From assembly GCA_963726735.1 (NCBI GenBank), contig CAVSDM010000011.1, positions 2,827 through 66,826 on the forward strand: a stretch of 64,000 nt of DNA, given 5' to 3'. Each line of letters opens with the position of its first letter. The stretch's first letter is position 1. Both the position numbers and the translations under genes were made by a program. Of this stretch, positions 17,529-25,326 are shown in pieces. Source of the DNA: an uncultured Acidobacteriota bacterium. GTDB taxonomy: Bacteria > Acidobacteriota > Blastocatellia > Pyrinomonadales > Pyrinomonadaceae. The notes under the pieces were generated by a model. The model was not told the origin of the DNA. It saw only the letters and a list, made by a program, of their open reading frames with translations, and ran no database searches.

Positions 17529-18144
17529 TCAGCCTGAGGACTCGCGCTGCTGCCGGTCTTCGTTCAGCAGTTTGGAAGTCCAGAAGACGTAGTGAATGCC
17601 GGAGATGACGGCGAAGGAGAAGACGGTCGTGTAGACGGTCGGGAGGTAGCCGCGCAGCGGCGGGAAGCTGGCGGCGATGAGGACGAGGACGACCGCGACG
17701 ATCTGCACGACCGTGTTGGCCTTGCCGAGCCAGGAGGGCTTGAAGCCTCGAAAACCCGTGACGACGTTGATGGTCGCGGCGCCGACGATGATGAAAACAT
17801 CGCGGCTGATGACGGCCGCCGTCACCCAGAAGGGGACGGGCAGGTGGCGCGGGTGCGGCTGGACGAGCGCCTCCGGGCGCCATGATCGACGGCATCGAGA
17901 GGGTGATAAAAGAGGTGACGAGGAGGAGTTTGTCGGCGATGGGGTCGAGAATCTGCCCGAGCTGCGAATACTGGTTAAACCGGCGCGCGAAGAGCCCGTC
18001 GAGCCCGTCGGTCACGCCCGCGACGACGAAGACGGCCAGGGCCCAGCCGAACCTCTGGTAGTAGAGCGCGCCCACGAAGACCGGGATGAGCGCCATGCGG
18101 ATGACGGTCAGGATATTCGGGAGGGTGACGACTTTGGAGGCCAT
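17529..18144 (-). CDS. CDP-alcohol phosphatidyltransferase (PgsA-like); one frame break near 17850
   Basis: NILTVIRMALIPVF, and the motif DGLDGLFARRFNQYSQLGQILDPIADK matching D-x2-DG-x2-AR...G-x3-D-x3-D. The C-terminal TM half is in ORF 17529..17825. Confidence 0.75.
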
Positions 18145-18151
18145 ATAAAAA

Positions 18152-18220
18152 GTGACGAGTGATGCGTGACGGGTGAAGAGTTGAGCCGTCTACTCATCAC
18201 CCATCACCATCACTCATCAC
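18152..18220 (-). repeat. Inverted heptamer-word array (GTGATGA/GTGACGN family), long hairpin
   Basis: gtgacgagtgatgcgtgacgggtgaagagt (18152-18181) faces actcatcacccatcaccatcactcatcac (18192-18220), with a 10-nt loop. I count 27 pairs, including two that are U-G wobbles only on the minus-strand RNA, plus one mismatch and one bulge. Both flanking genes are on the minus strand. Confidence 0.7.
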
Positions 18221-18238
18221 TTGTACCCTATTTGCGAC

Positions 18239-19096
18239 CTATTCCGCGCAGCGCAGCGTCAGCAGAGAGACTTCGGGCAGGCAGCCGTAGCGGACGGGCA
18301 GGACGACCGTGCCGAGGCCGCGCGTGACGTAAATCTGCGTCTCGCCGCGGCGGCCGAGGCCCCGCAGGATGCGTCGGCGGACGCGGCCCGAGGCCGAGCG
18401 CTCGGAGCGCCAGGTGACTTGCCCGCCGTGCGTGTGGCCGGAGAGGACGAGGTCAACTCCGGCGCGGGCGGCGCGGCGCAGAATCACAGGGTTGTGCGCC
18501 AGCAGCAGCTTCATCTCGTCGGCGGAGGAGCCTGCGAGCGCGAGCGGCAGGTCTTCCAGGCCGACCATCGTGTCCTGCACGCCCGCGAGCCAGAAGGAGG
18601 CGCCGCGGTCTTCGAAGCGCATGCCCTCGTTGTTGAGCACGCGGATGCCGGCGAGCGTGAAGAGGTCTGTGACGAGGTCGGCGTCCACCCAGTTGTCGTG
18701 GTTGCCGAGGCAGGCGTAGACGCCGCGCCGCGCCTTCAGTTTCCCCAGCATCTCGGCGCAGGGCTGGACGTACTCGCGCTCGTGCGAGACGTAGTCGCCG
18801 GTCAGGGCGATGATGTCGGGCTGGAGGCTGTTGGCGACCTCGACGGCGCGCTCGACCTGCTCGCGCCCCGTGAAAGGGCTGTGGTGGATGTCCGAGAGTT
18901 GGACGATGCGCAGGCCGTCCATCTCGCGCGGCAGGCGCTTGAGTCCGACGGCGTGGCGCTCGACGGAGAGCTGGTAAGGCTCCGCGAAGGCCGCGCGCGC
19001 AATCTGAGCCAGCCCGGAAGCGATCGTGCGAAGGGGAGTCGTGCGCCCCGCGCTGGCGACACGTCGCCGCTCTCTCCAGTTGGTGATTGTTGCCAT
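18239..19096 (-). CDS. Calcineurin-like metallophosphoesterase
   Basis: Intact 285-aa ORF with LSDIHH, LTGDYV, GNHD and SGHTHGGQV motifs. Confidence 0.8.
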   Translation of the reverse strand: MATITNWRERRRVASAGRTTPLRTIASGLAQIARAAFAEPYQLSVERHAVGLKRLPREMDGLRIVQLSDIHHSPFTGREQVERAVEVANSLQPDIIALTGDYVSHEREYVQPCAEMLGKLKARRGVYACLGNHDNWVDADLVTDLFTLAGIRVLNNEGMRFEDRGASFWLAGVQDTMVGLEDLPLALAGSSADEMKLLLAHNPVILRRAARAGVDLVLSGHTHGGQVTWRSERSASGRVRRRILRGLGRRGETQIYVTRGLGTVVLPVRYGCLPEVSLLTLRCAE

Positions 19097-19278
19097 CTTC
19101 GTCTGTTCGGTTTAAAGGAGTGCCTGAAAAACTGTGCGAGGCCGTTAATTCCCTTCACCCGGGCTCGCTTTTCAAAGCCCGCGAATTATATGAATCTATG
19201 CCGCCCGGCGCAAGGCCCCCGGCGCCACTTTCTACGACACTTTCGCGACATTTGGGTTGTGCGACAGTACACCCGCGC

Positions 19279-21114
19279 CTATTTCATAGGCCAGAAGTAG
19301 GGGACGAGGAGGATGACGATGGCGAAGACGGCTATCGTCAGAATCGAGCCGACCTTGACGAAGTCGAGGAAGCGGTAGCGGCCGGGCGTGTAGATGAGGA
19401 CGCAGGCCGGCTCCAGCGGCGTCAGGAACGAGCAGGAGGCGGCGTAGGTGACGGCGACGGCGAAGGCGCGCGGGTTGAGGCCGAGCGCGAGCGCGGTCTT
19501 GACCGCGATGGGGAGGACGACGAGCGCGGCCGCCTGGTTCGACATCGGCTGCGTGAGCGCCACCGTCAGCGCGAAGAAGCCGGCGAGGACGGCGACGCCG
19601 CCGTAAGCCTGGAAGTTGTTGACGATGATGTCGGCGAGGTACTGGTCGGCCTTCGTCTTCTCCATCGCCGTCCCGAAACTGATCATCCCCGCGATGAGGA
19701 CGATGAGGCGCCAGTCGATGAGCTGGTAGACCTCGCGCAGGTGCACGGCGCGCGAGGCGAGCAGGATGAGCACGCCGAAGAGCACGGCGACGGCGAGCGG
19801 CACCTGCGGCAGGTGCAGGACCGAGAAGAAGAGGAAGACGACGAAGGCCCCGACCGCCCACCAACGCTTACCCGCGCGCTCGCGCCGCCCCTGCAAGTCC
19901 CCCTCTTCGAGCAGCAGGACGTGGCCGTCCGACGTGAGCCGCTCGACGCCGTCCTTCGTCCCCTGCACGAGCAGCACGTCGCCGAAGCGGAGCGTCACGG
20001 TCGAGAGCTTCGTCAACAGCGCCATGCCGTGGCGGTTGATGGCGAGCACGGTCAGGTCGTAGCGGTCGCGGAAGTTGAGGCTGCGCAGCGTCCGGTTCGT
20101 CATCTCCGAGCCGCGCAGGACCATCACCTCGAAGAGTTCCACGTCGCCCGCTTCGAGGTCGTGCGGTTGCAGCTCGAAGTCGGGGCGAATCTCCAGCCCC
20201 GCCTCCTCCTTGACGCGCAGGATGTCCTCCATCCGCCCCTGCACGAGCAGCAGGTCGCCCTCCTGCAAGACCTCCTCGCCGCGCGGCGGCAGACGCCCCT
20301 GCGTCCCGCGGATGATGCCGATGACGGTGAGGTCGAGTATCTCCGAGAGGTTCCCCTCCTCCAGCGTCTTGCCCGCGAGCGGCGAGCCCTCGACGACGAC
20401 CACCTCCGAGATGTACTGCCGCATCCCGTACTGCTCGACCAGCGAGTCGGCCGAGCCGCGCGCGGGCAGGAGCCGCAAGCCCACCAGCAGCATGTAGATC
20501 ATGCCGACGACGACGATGGCGATGCCGACCGGCGTCAGCTCGAACATCGTGAAGGGCGCGAGCGGTTCGGGGCCGAGGTTGAAACGTTGGAGCAGCTCCC
20601 CGTTCTGCCCGAGCTTGGCGAGCGCGCCCGAGACGGCGAGGTTGGTGGACGTGCCGATGAGCGTGCAGGTGCCGCCGAGGATGGCGCCGAAGGCGAGCGG
20701 CATCAGGAGCTTCGACGGCTGGACGCGCGCGCGGTGCGCGATGCCGAGGACGACGGGGACGAACATCGCCGTCGTCGTCGTGTTCTTCATCACCGACGCG
20801 CACGCGGCGGCCGTGAACATGATGAGGGTGGTGAGCTTGAACTCGTTGCCGCCCGCGATGCGGTGGAGGCGGCGGCCGACGAGATCGACCACGCCCGTCT
20901 TCACCAGCCCGCCGGTCAGGACGAACAGCCCGGCGATGGTGATGACGATGTCGTTGCCGAAGCCGGCGAACGCCTCCGAGACGTTGAGCGTCCCCGTCAG
21001 CACCAGCCCGATGACGAGGAGGATGGTGACGATGTCGATGGGAATCCGCTCGGTCCCGAAGAGCACGAGCGCGATGAGGAGGAGAACGAGGACGGTGGCG
21101 ATGGGCTGGGTCAT
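19279..21114 (-). CDS. SLC13/DASS-family anion permease with two central TrkA-C (RCK_C) domains
   Basis: Intact 611-aa ORF. Polytopic hydrophobic N- and C-terminal halves flank two soluble repeats (VVVVEGSPLAGKTLEEGNL, FEVMVLRGSEMTNRTLRSLNFRDRYDLTVLAINR). Confidence 0.8.
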   Translation of the reverse strand: MTQPIATVLVLLLIALVLFGTERIPIDIVTILLVIGLVLTGTLNVSEAFAGFGNDIVITIAGLFVLTGGLVKTGVVDLVGRRLHRIAGGNEFKLTTLIMFTAAACASVMKNTTTTAMFVPVVLGIAHRARVQPSKLLMPLAFGAILGGTCTLIGTSTNLAVSGALAKLGQNGELLQRFNLGPEPLAPFTMFELTPVGIAIVVVGMIYMLLVGLRLLPARGSADSLVEQYGMRQYISEVVVVEGSPLAGKTLEEGNLSEILDLTVIGIIRGTQGRLPPRGEEVLQEGDLLLVQGRMEDILRVKEEAGLEIRPDFELQPHDLEAGDVELFEVMVLRGSEMTNRTLRSLNFRDRYDLTVLAINRHGMALLTKLSTVTLRFGDVLLVQGTKDGVERLTSDGHVLLLEEGDLQGRRERAGKRWWAVGAFVVFLFFSVLHLPQVPLAVAVLFGVLILLASRAVHLREVYQLIDWRLIVLIAGMISFGTAMEKTKADQYLADIIVNNFQAYGGVAVLAGFFALTVALTQPMSNQAAALVVLPIAVKTALALGLNPRAFAVAVTYAASCSFLTPLEPACVLIYTPGRYRFLDFVKVGSILTIAVFAIVILLVPYFWPMK

Positions 21115-21192
21115 GTCTCTCTTCTGCTATAATCCGGAGACGGCCTGACAACTTGTCGAAACTGTGGTTTTTGCTTCGCGCGTGGGCGCCAT

Positions 21193-21221
21193 TCTATAGC
21201 CCCGCGCGCCGAACTTTGCAA
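21193..21221 (-). promoter_or_regulatory. sigma70-like promoter candidate for the SLC13 permease gene
   Basis: On the minus strand: TTGCAA (21216-21221), 17-nt spacer, TATAGA (21193-21198). A possible extended -10 (TGcTATAAT, 21125-21133) points the other way toward the response-regulator gene. Confidence 0.35.
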
Positions 21222-21237
21222 GGGGGAGTGTGACCTT

Positions 21238-21735
21238 ATGGGCGGGCAGCGCGTGCTGGTGATCGAGGATCAGGAGGACCTTGCGGCCCTGTACGAGCAG
21301 GCGCTCTCGAAGGAAGGCTACGAGGTCTCGAAGGCTTACACGGGCGAGGAGGGCGTCGGGCTCTTCGAGGACAACGGCGCCGACGCCGTCGTCTTAGACA
21401 TGACGCTCCCCGAGATGCACGGCGTCCAGACGCTCCAGGCGATTCGGAATCTGAACGCCAACGTCCCCGTCGTCGTCGTCACCGGCGAGACGAGCGACGA
21501 GACGCGCCGGCGGTGCGAGCGGCTCGGCGTCCAGCAGTACCTCTCGAAGCCCGCCGACTACCGCGACATCATGGACGCCCTGCGCCGCGCGCTCGACGAC
21601 CCGAAGACCAGCACGGAGGAGTACCAGGTCATCACCCTCCGCCTCCCCACGCGCATCGTCCGCTGCCTGACCGGCATCGACGAGAACATCGAGCGCGCCG
21701 TCGAACTGATCTGCGAGGAGAAGTTCAAGGGTTGA
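21238..21735 (+). CDS. Response-regulator receiver protein with a short uncharacterised C-terminal region
   Basis: VLVIEDQEDLAALYEQAL, VVLDMTLPEMHG (phospho-acceptor Asp) and YLSKP are CheY-like motifs. The gene ends GGT TGA GGT TGA, an in-frame double stop. Confidence 0.8.
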   Translation: MGGQRVLVIEDQEDLAALYEQALSKEGYEVSKAYTGEEGVGLFEDNGADAVVLDMTLPEMHGVQTLQAIRNLNANVPVVVVTGETSDETRRRCERLGVQQYLSKPADYRDIMDALRRALDDPKTSTEEYQVITLRLPTRIVRCLTGIDENIERAVELICEEKFKG

Positions 21736-21776
21736 GGTTGAAGGCGCGGCGGGCCATCGCCAACGATGGTATTACG

Positions 21777-21972
21777 CCGCGTTAGCGGCGTCTGAATTTA
21801 GCCCGGCCTTTCAAGGCCGGGTCCGGCGACGATTAACATGACGCCGCGTCGCGTCAGCGACGCCTGAACGGGCTCGATAGGTTCAGGCGTCGCTGACGCG
21901 ACGCGGCGGTGTTCGTTTAAACCTTAACCCGGCCTTGAAAGGCCGGGCTACATTCAAGCGCCGCTAACGCGG
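21777..21972. repeat. Nested-palindrome intergenic element, copy A
   Basis: Outer stem 21777-21790 / 21959-21972 (14 bp perfect). Small hairpin agcccggcctttcaaggccgggt (21800-21822) has its exact reverse complement at 21927-21949. Central 26-bp perfect stem 21844-21869 / 21881-21906 with an 11-nt loop. Confidence 0.9.
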
Positions 21973-22006
21973 CGGCTGGTCGCGGCTTTCCTTAAACAAC
22001 TCCTGC

Positions 22007-23032
22007 TCACTCGAACAGCTTCCGCTCGACGCCGGCCGCGGCGCGTCTGGTCCGGCCCTTCGTTGACTTCTGCTGGGATGGGTGTTGGGCGAGGTGTTCG
22101 GCGTTGAGGCCGAGTTCTTTGAGCAGGCCGGCGAACTTCTTCGCGCCGTGCATGGTGATGATCCTCTGCGCGCCGGACTCGCGCGCGAGGCGGACGAGGT
22201 CGTCGTAGTCGGCGTGGTCGGAGAGCGGCAGCACGAGGTCCACGTCCTTGTACATGTAGGGCGCGCTCTTGCCCACGGCCCAGCCGGTCAGCATGATGAG
22301 GTAGCGGCGCGGGATGTTCAAGATCATCGGCTGGCGGCGGGTGCCCGGCGGGGTGATGAGCACGCGCCCCCCGACGTTCCCGCGTTCGTAACGCTCGTAC
22401 TCGCCAGCGAACTCCACGCCGCACTCGCGGTAAATCTCCGAAACGTTGTAGACCGCCCCGTGCAGGCTGACGCGGTAGCCGCGCCTGAGCAGCAGCTCCA
22501 GCGCCTCCTGACTCTTCCCCAGCGCGTAAGCCAGCACGACGGGCACGGCGTCGTCCGAGAGCGCGCGGTCGCAGGCGGCGTAAAGCCGGTCGTACGTCGC
22601 CACGTCGGGCGGGAAGCGATACTGCGGGTCGCCGAAGGTGGACTCCATGACGAGCGTGTCGCAGGGGACGACGACCGCCTGCTCGGCCGCGACGTTCGGC
22701 CGCAGCTTCACGTCGCCCGTGTAGACGAGCCGCTCGCCTTCGGCCTCGACCAAGATCTGCGCCGAGCCGAGACAATGACCCGCCGGGTACATCGTCAAAG
22801 CATACCGGCCGTAGTCGCGCCGCTCGCCGTACCTCAGAGCCTCGACCTCGGCCTCGCCGCGGCGGTGGCGGAAGAGGCGCGCCGTCTCGGGCGTGGCGAC
22901 GATGGCACGGTGCTCGGCGATGTGGTCGGAGTGGGCGTGCGAGATGACGCAGCGCTCGCGCGGGCCGTCGGCGTCGAACCAAAGATCGAGGTCGGGCAGG
23001 TAGAGCCCGTCCCTGTATTCGACTCTCAGCAA
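22007..23032 (-). CDS. MBL-fold / beta-CASP-like metallo-hydrolase (resembles ligase-associated exonuclease family)
   Basis: Intact 341-aa ORF with ISHAHSDH (HxHxDH), MYPAGHCLGSA, VMESTFG and PLSDHADYDDL. Confidence 0.65.
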   Translation of the reverse strand: MLRVEYRDGLYLPDLDLWFDADGPRERCVISHAHSDHIAEHRAIVATPETARLFRHRRGEAEVEALRYGERRDYGRYALTMYPAGHCLGSAQILVEAEGERLVYTGDVKLRPNVAAEQAVVVPCDTLVMESTFGDPQYRFPPDVATYDRLYAACDRALSDDAVPVVLAYALGKSQEALELLLRRGYRVSLHGAVYNVSEIYRECGVEFAGEYERYERGNVGGRVLITPPGTRRQPMILNIPRRYLIMLTGWAVGKSAPYMYKDVDLVLPLSDHADYDDLVRLARESGAQRIITMHGAKKFAGLLKELGLNAEHLAQHPSQQKSTKGRTRRAAAGVERKLFE

Positions 23033-23129
23033 GGCTTAAAACCCCCTGGCTCTGCGGGCGCGTCGGCTTGCCGCGCGCCACGGTCTCGTCTATGTTTTCG
23101 GGAGAAGTCTGCAAGAGGATTATAACCGA

Positions 23130-23894
23130 ATGAGTGAGGAAGTCCCGAAGCACGACCCGGAAGAGTCTAAGGCCGAGGCAGCGCAGGCCGCGCCGCAGCG
23201 GCGGCGCGAGACGCGGCGGCTGGTGCGCGCCGAGTACGCCTACGCGGTGGGGCTCGCGGCCTTCGCCGTGCTGGCCGTGCTGGCGAAGGCCAACGCCTAC
23301 TTCGCCTGGGACCTGCGCGTCGCGGGCGCCATCCAGTCGATCACGTTGCCGGGCACGGAGACGTTGATGCGCGTCGTCTCGATGCCGGGCAACGGCGCCA
23401 CGTCGTGGGCCTTCGTCATCCTCACGTTCATCATCTTCTTCGCGTTCAGACGCCGCTCGGAGGCGTTCGGGTTACTCCTGAGCGCGGCCGGCGGCTCGGC
23501 GCTCAACCGCGTGGTCAAGTACGTCGTCGCGCGCCCGCGCCCGACGCTGGAGCACGTCCGCGTGAGCGGCGAGTGGGCGCACGAGAGTTTCCCCTCGGGG
23601 CACGTCACCTTCTACGTCTGCTTCTTCGGCTTCCTCTTCTTCGTCGCCTTCGCGCTGCTGCCGAAGGGCTCGAACGCGCGCAAGGTGGCGTGCGCCCTAG
23701 CGGCGCTGCCCGTCCTGCTCGTCGGCCTCTCGCGCGTCTACCTCGGGGCGCACTGGCCGAGCGACACCCTCGGCGCCTACCTCTTCAGCGGCCTCTGGCT
23801 CGCCCTCTCGGTTGACCTCTACCGGCGCTGGAAGCGCCGCGCCACCTTCCACACGGAGGAGGAGGTGAAGGAGGAGGTGATCAGTGATCAGTGA
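23130..23894 (+). CDS. PAP2-family phosphatase (membrane)
   Basis: KYVVARPRP, SFPSGH and SRVYLGAHWPSD are the three PAP2 motifs. Several TM segments are present. Confidence 0.8.
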   Translation: MSEEVPKHDPEESKAEAAQAAPQRRRETRRLVRAEYAYAVGLAAFAVLAVLAKANAYFAWDLRVAGAIQSITLPGTETLMRVVSMPGNGATSWAFVILTFIIFFAFRRRSEAFGLLLSAAGGSALNRVVKYVVARPRPTLEHVRVSGEWAHESFPSGHVTFYVCFFGFLFFVAFALLPKGSNARKVACALAALPVLLVGLSRVYLGAHWPSDTLGAYLFSGLWLALSVDLYRRWKRRATFHTEEEVKEEVISDQ

Positions 23895-23930
23895 GGAGCG
23901 AGAGCAAGCGGGCCTTGTCTTCTCTCATCG

Positions 23931-25025
23931 CTAGGATTCGGTGACGGCGTCGGGGGTCGCCTTCTCGCCGAGGGCGGCGGCCTGCGCGCGCTCGGCCTCG
24001 GCGGCGACCGTGCGCAGCGAGAGGCCGCGCGCCAGCAGGAGCACGACGCCCACGGCCATCCAGAAGAGCATCCGCGCCTTGCGCACGATGGCGAGCGTGA
24101 CGCCCGCGGCCACCCCGTAGGCGAGCACCTGGGCCAACTGCCCCGTCCCCAGCTCGTCGATGCCGGCGCGCAGCGGGACGAACTTGAAGACGACCGTGAT
24201 GATGCGGTTGACCGACTCGAAGAGGAAGGCCGAGAGCACGCTCGGCCGCGCGCCGTCGATGAGCCAAATGGTCAGGTAGCCCTCGGCCACGCCGAAGAGG
24301 TGGAAGAGCCCCTCGCACAGAAATAGGCCGGGGAACCGCGCGCGGTTGCGCGAGTAGAAGCCGTAGATGCGCTCCTCGAACGAGCCGACGCGCGCGAGCC
24401 TGCGCTCAAGCGCCTTCCGCCCCACCCCCCGCGCCGCCGTCCAGCGCAGGGCCGCGCTCAGGAACCTCCATTCGCTCCTGACCGCATTGAAGGCGAAGAG
24501 GATGAAGAGGGCCGCGCCCGCGATGATGCCGTAGCTCGAATAGCGCAGGACCTTCGGCAGTTGGAAGGAGAGCAGGAGCGCCGCCGCGCCGCTCAGGATG
24601 AAGAGCGCGACCGAGAGCATGTAGAAGACGTTCTCGACGGCGATGGCCGAGAAGGTGGCGGCGAAGGGGACGCCGCGGCGCGACGCCATCGCGGCCTTCG
24701 TCGGCTCGCTGACGACGATGCCGAGCGGGATGACGTTGCCGGCGGCGTCGCCGATGAGGTACGCCTTGAAGGCTTCGACGAAGCCGAGCCGGTGCGGCTC
24801 CTCGAAGCAGAGCGTCCAGGCGCGCACGCGGACGGCGAACCGCAGCCCCGCCAGCAGGAGGATGGGCGCGAACCACCACCCGATCTGCGCGATGTTCGCC
24901 CAGACCTCGGCCGGCCCCGCGCGCCAGACGAAGTACGCGAAGAGCGCGAGCCCCGCCAGTCCGCACAAGAGCCCCAGGGGCGCGAGCCGCCCGCGCCCCT
25001 TCCCCGCTTTCGACTTCTCTTCCAT
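23931..25025 (-). CDS. Flippase-like / lysylphosphatidylglycerol-synthase TM-region family membrane protein
   Basis: Polytopic membrane ORF. The likely start is MEEKSKAGKGRGRLAPLGLLCGLAGLALFAYFVWRAGP at 25025 rather than the ORF's 25142. The family call is from overall resemblance only. Confidence 0.5.
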   Translation of the reverse strand: MEEKSKAGKGRGRLAPLGLLCGLAGLALFAYFVWRAGPAEVWANIAQIGWWFAPILLLAGLRFAVRVRAWTLCFEEPHRLGFVEAFKAYLIGDAAGNVIPLGIVVSEPTKAAMASRRGVPFAATFSAIAVENVFYMLSVALFILSGAAALLLSFQLPKVLRYSSYGIIAGAALFILFAFNAVRSEWRFLSAALRWTAARGVGRKALERRLARVGSFEERIYGFYSRNRARFPGLFLCEGLFHLFGVAEGYLTIWLIDGARPSVLSAFLFESVNRIITVVFKFVPLRAGIDELGTGQLAQVLAYGVAAGVTLAIVRKARMLFWMAVGVVLLLARGLSLRTVAAEAERAQAAALGEKATPDAVTES

Positions 25026-25326
25026 CACTTTCAAGGTTACGCGCGCCGAGCCGCCGACGGCCCGACCGAGACACTGCAAGATACGCCAAATCTCACCCAG
25101 CCCCAAACCGCCGGGCGCCCACGCTAACGAAAACCGTGCCACGCCGCGCGCGGCCCCTTTCGGCCGCGCCCGCGGCGCCCGCGGCGTCCCGTCCGCTGGA
25201 TTTTTCCTGCCGACGTAAGACGAATCCTGCGCCCCGAACTAAATTCTTTAGACAAAATAAGGAGACCTTTCACGCCGCGCGAGCGTCTTATGTTATGTTG
25301 GTCTTCGGAGATACAGTGCGCCCTCT

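Noticed and set aside
19087-21132. 681-aa plus-strand ORF overlapping the SLC13 permease gene
   Set aside because: It is highly charged D/E/R/H low complexity with no motif. The minus-strand frame encodes a coherent polytopic transporter with TrkA-C domains.
23877-23935. A strong terminator hairpin between the convergent PAP2 and flippase-like genes
   Set aside because: Only short, bulged pairing (caag/cttg plus gaga/tctc) can be drawn. The GTGATCA word run has no convincing inverted partner. I list it as a weak member of the array family, not as a feature.
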